A DNA stretch of 64,000 nucleotides from IMG/VR virus record IMGVR_UViG_2617271265_000001; one strand, written 5' to 3'. A model generated the notes under the pieces. It was not told where the DNA came from, did not search any database, and worked only from the letters and a program-made list of their open reading frames with translations. The DNA comes from an uncultured virus (IMG/VR IMGVR_UViG_2617271265_000001). Its lineage: Duplodnaviria > Heunggongvirae > Uroviricota > Caudoviricetes. Below are positions 20,019-29,348 of this stretch, in pieces (the stretch's first letter is position 1; each line of letters begins with the position of its first letter). The position numbers and the translations under genes were made by a program.

Positions 20019-22040
20019 ATGAGTAATTTAACTTTAAAAAGTCACTATACCGTCGCTGAGCTATTGCAGCTTCAAGTTTTAAGTTTACCTAAAACACATA
20101 AAGGCATATTAGGTAAAGCTGCTAGAGAAAAATGGGATAGTAGAAAACGGTCAAGTCGAGGCGGCGGCTATGAGTATGCCGTGAAATCCATGCCGGAAGC
20201 CGTGCAAGCCGAAATCGTTGTGAAATTCAATAAAAGTGCGGTGGAAAATTTACCTATTTTAGCCGAGCCAAAAGCCCCGGTCGAAGCGCAGTTGTTGTGG
20301 GCGCAGTACGAACAAGGCACCACCAAGGCGCAGAATGCGGCGAAGCTGAAACTGGGCACCATGTTTGCCGTGGCGGAATTGGTGAATGCCGGCGTAAAAC
20401 TGCTGGACGCCTTTGAACTGGTGTGCGGTAAGTATAACCGCGAATGCGCCGAAAAAGGGGAAAAACCGCTCTCTGTCGGATCATTAAAACGCTGGTGGTA
20501 TCACATTAAAAACGCCGACCGCAGCCTGTGGTTGCCGCTGTTGATGAGCGAACAAGGCAGCAACGGCAAAAGCCGTGAAGCCGCCTTCAGTGACGAAGCC
20601 TGGGCATTTTTCAAAGCGGACTATTTCCGCAACGAACGCCCGCAATTCGGCAGTTGTTACGAACGGTTGAAACGCGCCTCCAAGGCGAACGGCTGGGACA
20701 TCCCAAGCCCGTCCAGCATTAAACGCAAGATTGAGCGCGAAATCCCGAAAACCCACCAGGTGTACTTGCGCGAAGGGGAATATGCCATGAGCCGCTATTT
20801 CCCGGCATTGGTGCGCACCGTGGCAGATATAGATGCCATGGAATGGGTGAACGGTGACGGTTACAAACACAACGTGTGGGTGGAATGGCACAACGGCCAT
20901 ATTATCCGCCCGAAAACCTGGCTGTGGCAGGATGTGCGCACGCGCAAGGTGCTTGCCTACCGCTGCGATGAAACGGAAAACACCAACATGATCCGCCTGG
21001 CGCTGTTGGATGTGGTGGGCAAATATGGCATACCGAAACATCTCACCATCGACAACACCAAAGCGGCCGCCAACAAGAAAATGACGGGCGGGGTGAAAAA
21101 CCGTTACCGCTTTAAAGTGCGCGAAGACGAAGTGCAAGGGATTATCCCCGCTTTGGGTATCGAACTGCACTGGACAACGGTGCGCTACGGGCGCGGACGC
21201 GGGCAGGCCAAGCCGATTGAACGGGCGTTTTCGCACGGCGGCTTGGGCGAGCTGGTGGACAAACACCCGAGCCTTGCCGGGTTCCACGCCGGCGACAACC
21301 CGTTAGACAAGCCGGACAACTACCAAGGCAATAAAGCGGGCGCTGCCTATGCGGATTTTATCCTGGCTCTGGAAGAAGGCATTCAGATGTTCAACGAGCG
21401 CATCAACCGCGAAACGGAAATCTGCCAAGGGAAATTAAGTTTTAACGAGGCTTTTGAGCGAGATTTCGCTTTAATAGAAAAACGGTTCGCCACGCCGGAA
21501 CAGTTGCGCTATCTGCTGACCTTACACGAAGAAGTCACCTTAAAAGCCAACGGCACCTTTGAATTGAAGGCAGGCGGCAAAGTGAACGGTTTGCAAAACC
21601 GCTACGAAGCCTACGATTTAATCGGCACGCCGCATAAACACGTGGTAGTGCGGTTTGACCCTAACAATTTACACGACAAAGTGTGGGTGTATAGCTTAGA
21701 TGGTGCGTATTTAGCAGAAGCGACCTGTACACAAAGGGCGGGCTTCGGCGACACCAACGCCGCCCAAGACCACTCGCGTAAAGAACGCGAATTTGTGCGC
21801 CACACCAAAAAAGCCGCCCTTGCCGCACAGGAAATGGCGGCGCAACAAGCGGCGCAGTATTTGCCGGAAGTGGAATTCGACGACACTTCGAACGTGCCGC
21901 AAATGTGGGAAGTGATCCACCAGGAAGGCAGCACCCTGCGCAAGCGTGAAGTCGTATTGGAAGAGGATGAACAAGTCTCACCGTTCCAACAAGGCATCAA
22001 TAATTATTTAACCATGGCTAAAAAAGAAAAAGGGCTTTAA
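20019..22040 (+). CDS. Mu-like DDE transposase A
   Basis: N-terminal Mu HTH (GGGYEY), NGDGYKHN, TIDNT, AKPIERAF. Confidence 0.95.
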   Translation: MSNLTLKSHYTVAELLQLQVLSLPKTHKGILGKAAREKWDSRKRSSRGGGYEYAVKSMPEAVQAEIVVKFNKSAVENLPILAEPKAPVEAQLLWAQYEQGTTKAQNAAKLKLGTMFAVAELVNAGVKLLDAFELVCGKYNRECAEKGEKPLSVGSLKRWWYHIKNADRSLWLPLLMSEQGSNGKSREAAFSDEAWAFFKADYFRNERPQFGSCYERLKRASKANGWDIPSPSSIKRKIEREIPKTHQVYLREGEYAMSRYFPALVRTVADIDAMEWVNGDGYKHNVWVEWHNGHIIRPKTWLWQDVRTRKVLAYRCDETENTNMIRLALLDVVGKYGIPKHLTIDNTKAAANKKMTGGVKNRYRFKVREDEVQGIIPALGIELHWTTVRYGRGRGQAKPIERAFSHGGLGELVDKHPSLAGFHAGDNPLDKPDNYQGNKAGAAYADFILALEEGIQMFNERINRETEICQGKLSFNEAFERDFALIEKRFATPEQLRYLLTLHEEVTLKANGTFELKAGGKVNGLQNRYEAYDLIGTPHKHVVVRFDPNNLHDKVWVYSLDGAYLAEATCTQRAGFGDTNAAQDHSRKEREFVRHTKKAALAAQEMAAQQAAQYLPEVEFDDTSNVPQMWEVIHQEGSTLRKREVVLEEDEQVSPFQQGINNYLTMAKKEKGL

Positions 22041-22076
22041 AACGGGTTTAAAGCCGAGCTAAGTGAGGATAAAACT

Positions 22077-22394
22077 ATGTTAACTGAAAACATAAAAACC
22101 ATTCAAACCGATGATTCCCCTTTTGATGATGAATTTCAAGCACGTTTTTTTATCGGTTTAGAGAAGATGAAAAAAATGCGGGGTCATCAAACTCAGGAAG
22201 CCAGTCGGGCAACTGAAAATCAATGGCACGCTGAATGTTTGTCAACGCTAGCAAGAAAGTGGGAATTGGCTGAAGAGCTTGTTCATCTCGAATCAAGTTG
22301 TCTGTCAATGAAAGGCACTCTTCAAGAATATCAAGCCGCATTACGAAACGCCATTGTAGATAGAGTAAAAGGGAAATCATTAACTCTCCCCTAA
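22077..22394 (+). CDS. Hypothetical protein (105 aa) between A and B
   Basis: ORF with GAGG RBS; overlapped by an antisense ORF. Confidence 0.5.
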   Translation: MLTENIKTIQTDDSPFDDEFQARFFIGLEKMKKMRGHQTQEASRATENQWHAECLSTLARKWELAEELVHLESSCLSMKGTLQEYQAALRNAIVDRVKGKSLTLP

Positions 22395-22659
22395 AGCCAA
22401 AATGTTTTGATAGCTGCTTAAGGTAATCGTTTCGCTCTTGTTCAGATTTAATGCTCATGAATGTTCCGCGATAGTGATGCCAATCTATTTCTAACTGATG
22501 AATAGAGGTTGAGCAGCTTAAAAATAAAAAGCGATATAAACGTTTCATGATTTTAGGATTAAGTCCTTCAAATAGAGCGGATGATTGTTTTGCTGACTTG
22601 TTGATTAGTGTTTCAAATTCATCTTGTTCAATGTTCAGGAATGAAGAGAAATTAGACAT
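22150..22659 (-). CDS. Hypothetical protein (169 aa), antisense to the early operon
   Basis: Starts MSNFSSFLNIEQ with AAGGGTAGG upstream; AT-rich. Confidence 0.6.
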   Translation of the reverse strand: MSNFSSFLNIEQDEFETLINKSAKQSSALFEGLNPKIMKRLYRFLFLSCSTSIHQLEIDWHHYRGTFMSIKSEQERNDYLKQLSKHFGFRGELMISLLLYLQWRFVMRLDILEECLSLTDNLIRDEQALQPIPTFLLALTNIQRAIDFQLPDWLPEFDDPAFFSSSLNR

Positions 22660-22699
22660 AGATATAAACCTACCCTTAAAAGAAAACAAGGACAATATT

Positions 22700-23617
22700 A
22701 TGACACTCATTGACCAAATTAAACCACTTTTAGAACAACAAATTTTCACCCAACGCGATATTGCCCAGCAAAGCGGCATTTCCGCCGGTGCGTTGAGCAC
22801 CTACTTAAAAGGCGTTTACAAAGGCAATATCGACAACATTGAAAGCGCGCTTGCCAACTGGCTTGACACGCGCAAAAAGAAAGAACAAGTGTTTGTGGAA
22901 GCACCGCACTTTATTGAAATTCCGACTGCGAAAAAGGTGTTTGCCTCGCTTGATATGGCAAAAATCCTGCCGACCATGGTCACCGTTTACGGCGCAAGCG
23001 GCGTAGGCAAAACCAAAGCCTGCCAAGAGTATGCGAAGAACAACCACAACGTGTGGATGATTACGGCAAGCCCAAGCAGAGCGACATTAAGCAGTATTTT
23101 GTATGAACTGGCGTTAGAACTCGACGTTAACGATGCACCTCGTCGCAAAGACCGCTTATCACGCATGATCACTAAGAAACTTAAAGGTACGCAAGGCTTA
23201 GTGATTATCGACGAAAGCGACCACTTGCCTTATGACGCGCTTGAAGAGATCCGAATCATACAAGAAGAGACCGAAACCGGCTTTGCGCTGATCGGCAACG
23301 ACAAAGTGTACACCCGCATTCAGGGCGGCGTGAACCAAGCCCATGAATACGCCCGGTTATGGTCTCGCATTGGCAACAATTGCGGCGTAAAAGCCTCGAC
23401 ACGTGGCGATATTAAAGCCATTGCACAGGCGTGGGGCTTAGATATTGCCGACAAAGACCTAATGACGGTGCTTTACGACATAGGCGGCAAAGCGGGCGGA
23501 TTACGCGCTTTAACCCAATATTTACGCCTTGCAGGCATGACAGCCAAGGGGCAAGACACAGTAATTACTTTAGACCTGATTTTAACCGCCCAAGCACAAA
23601 TGAAAGGAGCAAATTAA
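22700..23617 (+). CDS. Mu B-like transposition ATPase
   Basis: N-terminal HTH, GASGVGKT Walker A, IIDESD Walker B. Confidence 0.95.
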   Translation: MTLIDQIKPLLEQQIFTQRDIAQQSGISAGALSTYLKGVYKGNIDNIESALANWLDTRKKKEQVFVEAPHFIEIPTAKKVFASLDMAKILPTMVTVYGASGVGKTKACQEYAKNNHNVWMITASPSRATLSSILYELALELDVNDAPRRKDRLSRMITKKLKGTQGLVIIDESDHLPYDALEEIRIIQEETETGFALIGNDKVYTRIQGGVNQAHEYARLWSRIGNNCGVKASTRGDIKAIAQAWGLDIADKDLMTVLYDIGGKAGGLRALTQYLRLAGMTAKGQDTVITLDLILTAQAQMKGAN

Positions 23618-23946
23618 TGGGAAATATCAGAAAAATCGACCGCACTTTAGTGAAACAACGCCAACCACACCCGGTGTTTGGCGGTTGCAACAAAATCGCA
23701 CTGGGCTATTTATCACAAACGCAAAAATGCGTTTATGTCCTCAACAAAATGGGCTTGCATGTGGCAAGCATTGACTTTGACAAAATCAAACCCCGTGTAC
23801 GGGTCGATACCAATAGTATCACCGAAAAACTGGAAAAAACCGGACAGGCCCTTGCCTACATCCAAGGCAATGACGGTGCGCATTGGATGGAATACCAGAT
23901 GATGGTAGAAGGCATCAAAGTCGTTTGGCGCAGTTATTTACATTAA
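23617..23946 (+). CDS. Mu-like early hypothetical protein
   Basis: Coupled to B (TAATG); GGAG RBS. Confidence 0.7.
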   Translation: MGNIRKIDRTLVKQRQPHPVFGGCNKIALGYLSQTQKCVYVLNKMGLHVASIDFDKIKPRVRVDTNSITEKLEKTGQALAYIQGNDGAHWMEYQMMVEGIKVVWRSYLH

Positions 23947-23966
23947 ACAACTACAGGAGAAAGACA

Positions 23967-24215
23967 ATGAGCATGAACTGGCAAAGAGAATACATCATGG
24001 AAACCTATGATCTACCATTCTTGCGAAAAGGCTTAAATATTAAGTGCGGTCAAGACAGCGGAAAAATCATTGGATTTAGCAACGGCAAAATCAAAGTGAA
24101 ATTAGACTTCGGCGGTCAAGCATTTTTCCATCCTACTTGGGAAATGATTTACCTCAAAGGCAGTGAAGTGTTAGCAGATTTTACAACTAAAACAACAGGA
24201 GAAAACCATGGCTAA
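23967..24215 (+). CDS. Hypothetical protein
   Basis: AGGAG RBS; ends with an FHPTWEMIY motif. Confidence 0.65.
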   Translation: MSMNWQREYIMETYDLPFLRKGLNIKCGQDSGKIIGFSNGKIKVKLDFGGQAFFHPTWEMIYLKGSEVLADFTTKTTGENHG

Positions 24216-24729
24216 AAAAGCAACCCGAATTAAAACCGACACCTTCGCAGTGCGTTATCAAACCCGCGATGAAGTGGAAACCGCCATTAAACAAATCGGC
24301 GATTTAAACCGTGAGCTGGAACGCTTGGCAATCGAACAAAACGACCGTTTGGCGGTAATCACTGAAGAATACGCGCCATTAATGAACGAAGTGAAAGAGA
24401 AAACCAAACCGATGATGGAAGCGGTGCAAGCGTGGTGTGAAAGCCACCGTGACGAACTCACAAATAACGGCAAAATCAAAACCGGCACATTTAATACCGG
24501 CGAAGTGCAATGGCGTCAACGCCCGCCTTCCGTGAGTATTCGCGGCACGGAAAGCGTGATTGATAGCTTGCACAAACTCGGGTTTGAAGAGTTTGTTCGC
24601 ACGAAGGAAGAAGTGAACAAAGAAGCCATGTTGCTCAACCCGGAACGCGCCAAAATGGTGGATGGCATCACCATTAAAACAGGCGTAGAAGATTTTGTGA
24701 TTACGCCGTTTGAACAAGAGGTGGCGTAA
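24208..24729 (+). CDS. gam: Host-nuclease inhibitor Gam
   Basis: VQAWCESHRDELT..GKIKT..FNTGEVQWRQRPPSV, EEVNKEAML. Confidence 0.92.
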   Translation: MAKKATRIKTDTFAVRYQTRDEVETAIKQIGDLNRELERLAIEQNDRLAVITEEYAPLMNEVKEKTKPMMEAVQAWCESHRDELTNNGKIKTGTFNTGEVQWRQRPPSVSIRGTESVIDSLHKLGFEEFVRTKEEVNKEAMLLNPERAKMVDGITIKTGVEDFVITPFEQEVA

Positions 24730-24876
24730 TGTGGTTTGAAACCTTCATTATCACAGGCTTTACCCTTTCCGGTAGCGGTATGATTTGGCTCATTATTAAC
24801 GATTAAAGCCCTTTTCAATGCGCTTTAAACCCGATTTAAGGCGCATTTATAAAGCGTTTTTACACAGGAGAACCTT

Positions 24877-25074
24877 ATGAACAAAAACATCAACAAGTTT
24901 GATCGCTTTAAGTATTACAGCGAGAAAGCAGCAAAAAGTGAGCGCAAAGGCGAATTGCTTGATGCAAAAGAACAATGGCTGGTGGCAGAACTGAATGCTA
25001 TCGGACCGAAAAATAGAGAATGGTGCAAACGCCGCGCGGCATTTTGCGACCGAGTATTAAGAAACCCATTTTAA
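24877..25074 (+). CDS. ANR-family small regulator
   Basis: AAKSERKG...A..W...N.EWC..RAAFC pattern. Confidence 0.7.
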   Translation: MNKNINKFDRFKYYSEKAAKSERKGELLDAKEQWLVAELNAIGPKNREWCKRRAAFCDRVLRNPF

Positions 25075-25084
25075 GGTGGACACA

Positions 25085-25249
25085 ATGGCGAAATATATAG
25101 CCTGTTTTTATTGCTTAGTTGAAGCAGTTGTTGAATCTGAAAGCAATGAGCAAGTATTAGATAAATGTGATTTAAACACATTCAACATAAACAACTTACC
25201 GCACACCATCACTGAAATTGATGACGTCGTCGAAGTGGAGGAAGTATGA
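25085..25249 (+). CDS. Small hypothetical protein (54 aa)
   Basis: MAKYIACFYCLVEAVVE...; AAGGTGG RBS; below the ORF-track cutoff. Confidence 0.55.
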   Translation: MAKYIACFYCLVEAVVESESNEQVLDKCDLNTFNINNLPHTITEIDDVVEVEEV

Positions 25250-25413
25250 CAACACAAGAAAAAACGCGTTTAGATGAACAGCTTGAAAACGCAGCAAAAC
25301 AACTGATTCACGCCTTACGCGCCCTACGCCAAGGGCAAACACAACACGCAGCGGTATATGTGGGCAATGTGCAAAATCAGTTGCCGGGGTTGAGAATGAG
25401 ATTGGTGAGATAA
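25246..25413 (+). CDS. Small hypothetical protein (55 aa)
   Basis: ATGA overlap and GGAGG RBS; MTTQEKTRLDEQLE... Confidence 0.55.
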   Translation: MTTQEKTRLDEQLENAAKQLIHALRALRQGQTQHAAVYVGNVQNQLPGLRMRLVR

Positions 25414-25423
25414 GGGGATAACA

Positions 25424-25690
25424 ATGACAAAACAAGAGTTCTTTCGCAATAATTCATTAGCTGGTTCTTTGGCTATTTTAGCACTAGATGAAGGTGGCGA
25501 TCGGCTTAATGAGCTTTATCAAGCTCTTTTAGATTATAGAAATATGCCTATCAAAGACTTTTTAAGCGAATTTGATGAAGAGATGAGTGAGAAAGAGTTT
25601 TTATCTTATGTTAACTGTAGCTTGAACGACGTGGCAGAACAGATAAAACAAGTCAGAAAGTTTATTTGTTTAAGAATGCTTGTCTTATAA
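25424..25690 (+). CDS. Hypothetical protein (AT-rich)
   Basis: ORF with AAGGGG RBS. Confidence 0.55.
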   Translation: MTKQEFFRNNSLAGSLAILALDEGGDRLNELYQALLDYRNMPIKDFLSEFDEEMSEKEFLSYVNCSLNDVAEQIKQVRKFICLRMLVL

Positions 25691-25758
25691 ACCCCATTTA
25701 CAGCCCACTTAAATCCGTTTCAGTGGGCTGAATAATGTGTTTTAACAGGAAGAAAACA

Positions 25759-26214
25759 ATGTATCAAACCAAACCCAAACTAATACAGCTGATCCACATT
25801 GCTAAGCAAAAGCTATCAATGGATGAATTTAGTTATCGCGCTATGCTGGAGCGATTAACCGGCAAAACATCTTGCAAGGAAATGACCATCGCAGAATTAA
25901 TGCGCGTACAAGCTGAAATGGAAGCTAAAGGATTTAAAAAAACAAGCCGTCGCCACCATTCACCAAGTGGCAAAAGTGCGGTAGTAAAAAGCAATATTGC
26001 CCATAAAATCCGTGCTATTTGGATTGAAATGGCGAAAAAAGGCATGGTGCGCGACGGTTCAGAAACTGCGTTAAATGCGTGGGTGCGTGGTGTGGTGAAT
26101 CCAATCTTAACCGCTCAAAACAAACCGCTTGCGCTAAACGTGGGCGCATTAAACGACCAAATAGCAAGTTTAGTGCTGGAACGCCTGAAAAAATGGCAAG
26201 CAAGGGGGAAATAA
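25759..26214 (+). CDS. Mu gp16/GemA-family protein
   Basis: LIQLIHIAKQKL..D...YRAML...TGKTSC, KIRAIW, LERLKKW. Confidence 0.85.
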   Translation: MYQTKPKLIQLIHIAKQKLSMDEFSYRAMLERLTGKTSCKEMTIAELMRVQAEMEAKGFKKTSRRHHSPSGKSAVVKSNIAHKIRAIWIEMAKKGMVRDGSETALNAWVRGVVNPILTAQNKPLALNVGALNDQIASLVLERLKKWQARGK

Positions 26215-26754
26215 ATGAAGTTATGCCGTTGTCCGATATGCCATTCTGATATTCACCTCGACCAACTCTTAGAAGATGACGCAGGGCGTGAATTATTAGG
26301 GCTCATCACTGAATTAAAATATGGCGTGGCACGCCCTTTAGTCAGTTATATCGCATTATTCCGCCCCGATAAATCCGCGTTAAGCAACTCAAGAGCGGTT
26401 AAATTAATGCGAGAAGTGCTGGCAATGTTTCCACCGTCTCAATTATTAGCCCATTCTTTGAGTGAGACGGTGAATGCGGTACAGAAGAAACGCAAAGAAA
26501 GCCGAAATCTTGCGCCATTGAATAATCACCGGTACTTAATGCAAGTGATGGAAACCAATAAACCGCTCTTTTCAGGCGTAGGTTCTGCAGCAATCAACAA
26601 TGAGGAGCGTAAACAAGCCGAGCGTGTGGCGGAAAATGATGAAATGGAAAACACCGTTTTATACATTGAACGCTTTCACAAACTGGGGCAACCGGTGGAA
26701 CATTTACCGGGCTATGAAGTATGGAAAAAATGGAAAAGCCAACAAGCTAAATAA
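26215..26754 (+). CDS. Mu-like hypothetical protein (CxxC N-terminus)
   Basis: MKLCRCPICH, YIALFRP, PLNNHRYL. Confidence 0.75.
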   Translation: MKLCRCPICHSDIHLDQLLEDDAGRELLGLITELKYGVARPLVSYIALFRPDKSALSNSRAVKLMREVLAMFPPSQLLAHSLSETVNAVQKKRKESRNLAPLNNHRYLMQVMETNKPLFSGVGSAAINNEERKQAERVAENDEMENTVLYIERFHKLGQPVEHLPGYEVWKKWKSQQAK

Positions 26755-26763
26755 ACTTTTTTT

Positions 26764-26786
26764 AACCGCCAAAATGGCGGTTTTTC
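26764..26786 (+). terminator. End-of-early-operon terminator
   Basis: AACCGCCA-AAA-TGGCGGTT followed by TTTT. Confidence 0.75.
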
Positions 26787-26907
26787 TTTTATAAATCAGC
26801 GTGTTATTTATTATCATTAATTCCCTTCTTGAAAATATTTCACTATAAGCGATTCAAAATTGCTAGAATTTTCATCAATAGTGATCAAATTCCCAGTTGA
26901 GGTGTTT

Positions 26908-27279
26908 ATGTTGAACGAACAAGTCGAAACATTTAACGAAAAAGCGCCTGAAATTTTAGCCGATTTAGCAAAACATACTGAAGTAAAAATCAAAGAGCGC
27001 ATTGCAGATATTGATCCGGCATTGGCGCAACAAATCAGCGTGGAAGTAGCAAGCCAAATCGCCCAAAGCTGGGGTGGTGAGGTGATTTATATTCCACGTA
27101 ATCTTGTGCTGTTATTAAGCGAACGCGACCGCAAAATTTTTAATGAATTTAACGGCACAAACCACCGCGAACTGGCGAGAAAGTACAATGTTTCTATGCA
27201 GTGGATTTATCAAATTGTGAAGAAGATCACAAAAGAAGAAATTGCCCGCCGGCAGTTTGATATGTTTGCAGAAAATTAA
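26908..27279 (+). CDS. mor: Mor/C-family transcription activator
   Basis: WGGEVIYIP, RDRKIFNEFNGTNHRELARKY..S.QWIYQIVK. Confidence 0.9.
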   Translation: MLNEQVETFNEKAPEILADLAKHTEVKIKERIADIDPALAQQISVEVASQIAQSWGGEVIYIPRNLVLLLSERDRKIFNEFNGTNHRELARKYNVSMQWIYQIVKKITKEEIARRQFDMFAEN

Positions 27280-27298
27280 TCGCTAAACGTGAAAAAAT

Positions 27299-27320
27299 AC
27301 GCCCGAAAGGGCGTTTTTTT
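27299..27320 (+). terminator. Terminator after mor
   Basis: ACGCCC-GAAA-GGGCGT followed by TTTTTT. Confidence 0.8.
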
Positions 27321-27346
27321 ATAAGCAAAATTTCCCCACTCTGTTC

Positions 27347-27390
27347 TTTAAACGACTTTAAAATATCTTCTATCGCAAACTCTTTAAACT
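27347..27390 (+). promoter_or_regulatory. Putative activator-dependent late promoter 1 (lysis operon)
   Basis: TTTAAA-N4-TTTAAA-N22-TAAACT; same architecture at 35068, 40494 and 46992. Confidence 0.7.
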
Positions 27391-27429
27391 GTCTTTTAAA
27401 CCCATTTAAAGAATTTTTAAGGAGTTTAT

Positions 27430-27978
27430 GTGAAATCTCAAATTGCCAAAATCGTTATTCACTGTTCGGCTACCCGAAACGGCAAACAATTACGCACCGC
27501 AACCCAAACCGCCGCGCAGCGTATCAACGAATGGCATAAACAGCGAGGCTTTAAACGGCAGGCCTACAATACCAGACAGTTCAATTCGCACTTGCAACAT
27601 ATTGGCTACCACTTTGTGATTGACACCGACGGCACCATCGAAACCGGTCGCCGAGAAGGTGAAACCGGCGCACACGTTAAGGGGCATAATCTTAACAGCC
27701 TTGGCATTTGTTTGGTCGGTGGTATCACTAAAGATAAACGCAATCACGGCGAATATACCACTGAACAATGGCTTGCCTTGCATAAATTACTGCGTCAGCT
27801 TGAAGCCAAATATCCCAATGCCCGCATTTGTGGACATCGCGATTTAAGCCCTGATTTAAACTGCGATGGCACTATTACGCCTAATGAATGGATTAAAGAT
27901 TGTCCGTGCTTTGATGTGTGGAGCTGGTTGGATACCGAGCAAGTTATCAATGTTGATCATTTGTTTAAGGGGGAATGA
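27430..27978 (+). CDS. N-acetylmuramoyl-L-alanine amidase (endolysin)
   Basis: IVIHCSAT, IGYHFVI, GAHVKGHN, GHRD, KDCPCF. Confidence 0.93.
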   Translation: MKSQIAKIVIHCSATRNGKQLRTATQTAAQRINEWHKQRGFKRQAYNTRQFNSHLQHIGYHFVIDTDGTIETGRREGETGAHVKGHNLNSLGICLVGGITKDKRNHGEYTTEQWLALHKLLRQLEAKYPNARICGHRDLSPDLNCDGTITPNEWIKDCPCFDVWSWLDTEQVINVDHLFKGE

Positions 27979-28118
27979 TGAGTGCTTCCATGCGTTTTCC
28001 CAATTATAAGAGCCACTTTACACGGGGTTGGCGTATGAGTAATAACGCTAAGAAAAATAAATCTATTAATGGCGGCACAACTGCTGCAAAGGCCTTTTAC
28101 TTACGCTGGAGTTACTAA
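27978..28118 (+). CDS. Small basic hypothetical protein (46 aa)
   Basis: Stop/start-coupled on both sides (TGATG, TAATG). Confidence 0.5.
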   Translation: MSASMRFPNYKSHFTRGWRMSNNAKKNKSINGGTTAAKAFYLRWSY

Positions 28119-28345
28119 TGGCATTAAAAGAACTGATTACCAATGCTGACGGGCGCTTATCAACTACGGCATTTATCCAATTCTTCGGTGCGCTGCTGAT
28201 GGCGGGTATCCTGGTGTTTTGCGTGTGGCTCAACCGCCCGTATGTGCCGGAACTGTTTATGACTTTCGCCGTTTTCAGCGCGGGCGGCGCGGCGACCAAA
28301 GGGTTTGCCAACGCCATCAACCGCAAAGGGGAAAACAATGATTAA
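28118..28345 (+). CDS. Putative holin (DUF2644-like)
   Basis: LITNADGRLSTTAFIQFFG; two TM segments; inside the lysis cassette. Confidence 0.7.
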   Translation: MALKELITNADGRLSTTAFIQFFGALLMAGILVFCVWLNRPYVPELFMTFAVFSAGGAATKGFANAINRKGENND

Positions 28346-28589
28346 CCTATACGTCATCGGGGCGGTGCTGGCCTTGATTATCGGCAGCATGGTGTACACC
28401 CGCCGGCAAGCTGCCAAAATCCGCAAGCAACAGGAAGAAATAGAATTGGTAAAACGTGAAGCGGCAGCCGTCGCACAGGAACTGGAAAATGCTGATATAT
28501 CGAAAAACATTGCCGAAACTAACCGCACTTTGTCTGCTAAGTCTGTTGATGAGCGGTTGCAGTCAAAAGGTTATTTCCGTGAAGACTAG
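28338..28589 (+). CDS. Putative inner-membrane spanin (DUF2681-like)
   Basis: N-terminal TM followed by a coiled coil; overlapped by a lipoprotein gene. Confidence 0.6.
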   Translation: MINLYVIGAVLALIIGSMVYTRRQAAKIRKQQEEIELVKREAAAVAQELENADISKNIAETNRTLSAKSVDERLQSKGYFRED

Positions 28590-28710
28590 CGGTTGTTCCG
28601 CCTTCGGCCTGATTTATCCGAGCCGCAAAGACACTGACGAAACCAAACGGCAGGTGCTGAACCATAACCTGACCTACGAAAAAATCTGCAAGAAGGAAAC
28701 CGTTAAATGA
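28489..28710 (+). CDS. Putative outer-membrane spanin lipoprotein
   Basis: Signal peptide and lipobox LLMSG-C; overlaps the previous gene in another frame (Rz/Rz1 arrangement). Confidence 0.6.
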   Translation: MLIYRKTLPKLTALCLLSLLMSGCSQKVISVKTSGCSAFGLIYPSRKDTDETKRQVLNHNLTYEKICKKETVK

Positions 28711-29033
28711 TGGACTTATTAGAGTTTATCCAAAAGCACTGGGGCTTGGTTGCCACCGTGATGGGGTCGGTTTGGGCAGGCATGAAGCTGTCGATGGACA
28801 GCAAATACCCGAAGCGGAGCGAAATTGATGAGATCCGCAAGAATATCGACCAAGTGGAACAGCGTTTAACCAAAGTGGAAGATACCTTGGAACATATGCC
28901 GACCAAAGAAGATTTAAGTGCATTAAAGATTTTAATGACCGAAATCAAAGGCGAAACCAATACCACCAATGCACGCCTTTCTACGCTAAGCCATCAAGTC
29001 GCATTGCTCATTGAAGAGCGTGTTAAGGGGTAA
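28707..29033 (+). CDS. DUF2730-like protein (Mu gp25 position)
   Basis: TM segment plus coiled coil, HMPTKED; gene order. Confidence 0.7.
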   Translation: MMDLLEFIQKHWGLVATVMGSVWAGMKLSMDSKYPKRSEIDEIRKNIDQVEQRLTKVEDTLEHMPTKEDLSALKILMTEIKGETNTTNARLSTLSHQVALLIEERVKG

Positions 29034-29035
29034 CG

Positions 29036-29326
29036 ATGAGAGATATTTTTATTAAAGACCAACGTTTAGTGATTCTGCGCTCCCTTGTGGACGCCAGTTA
29101 TGACGCCAACGAATCCATTTTAGACGATTGCCTGGCGATGTACGGCCATCATATCAGCCGAGATTTAGTGCGTAATCATTTGAGCTGGCTCGAAGAACAA
29201 GGCTTAGTCAGCATTGAGCGATTAAGCAATGGTTTTATGATTGCGACCATCACCCAGCGAGGTTTAGATGTGGCTAACGGTGAGGCGGTTGTTGAGGGCG
29301 TAAAACGCCCATTACCCAAAATTTAA
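29036..29326 (+). CDS. Mu gp26-like winged-helix protein
   Basis: DQRLVILRSL, WLEEQGLV, RGLDVANG. Confidence 0.8.
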   Translation: MRDIFIKDQRLVILRSLVDASYDANESILDDCLAMYGHHISRDLVRNHLSWLEEQGLVSIERLSNGFMIATITQRGLDVANGEAVVEGVKRPLPKI

Positions 29327-29348
29327 ACCGCATTTAAAGGAGCTTTAA

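Noticed and set aside
20484..21287. 267-aa antisense ORF inside the transposase
   Set aside because: Explained by the GC-rich codon usage of this transposase segment; no RBS or motifs.
22547..22699. N-terminal extension of the B ATPase
   Set aside because: The RBS and domain start point to ATG 22700; the extension overlaps the antisense ORF.
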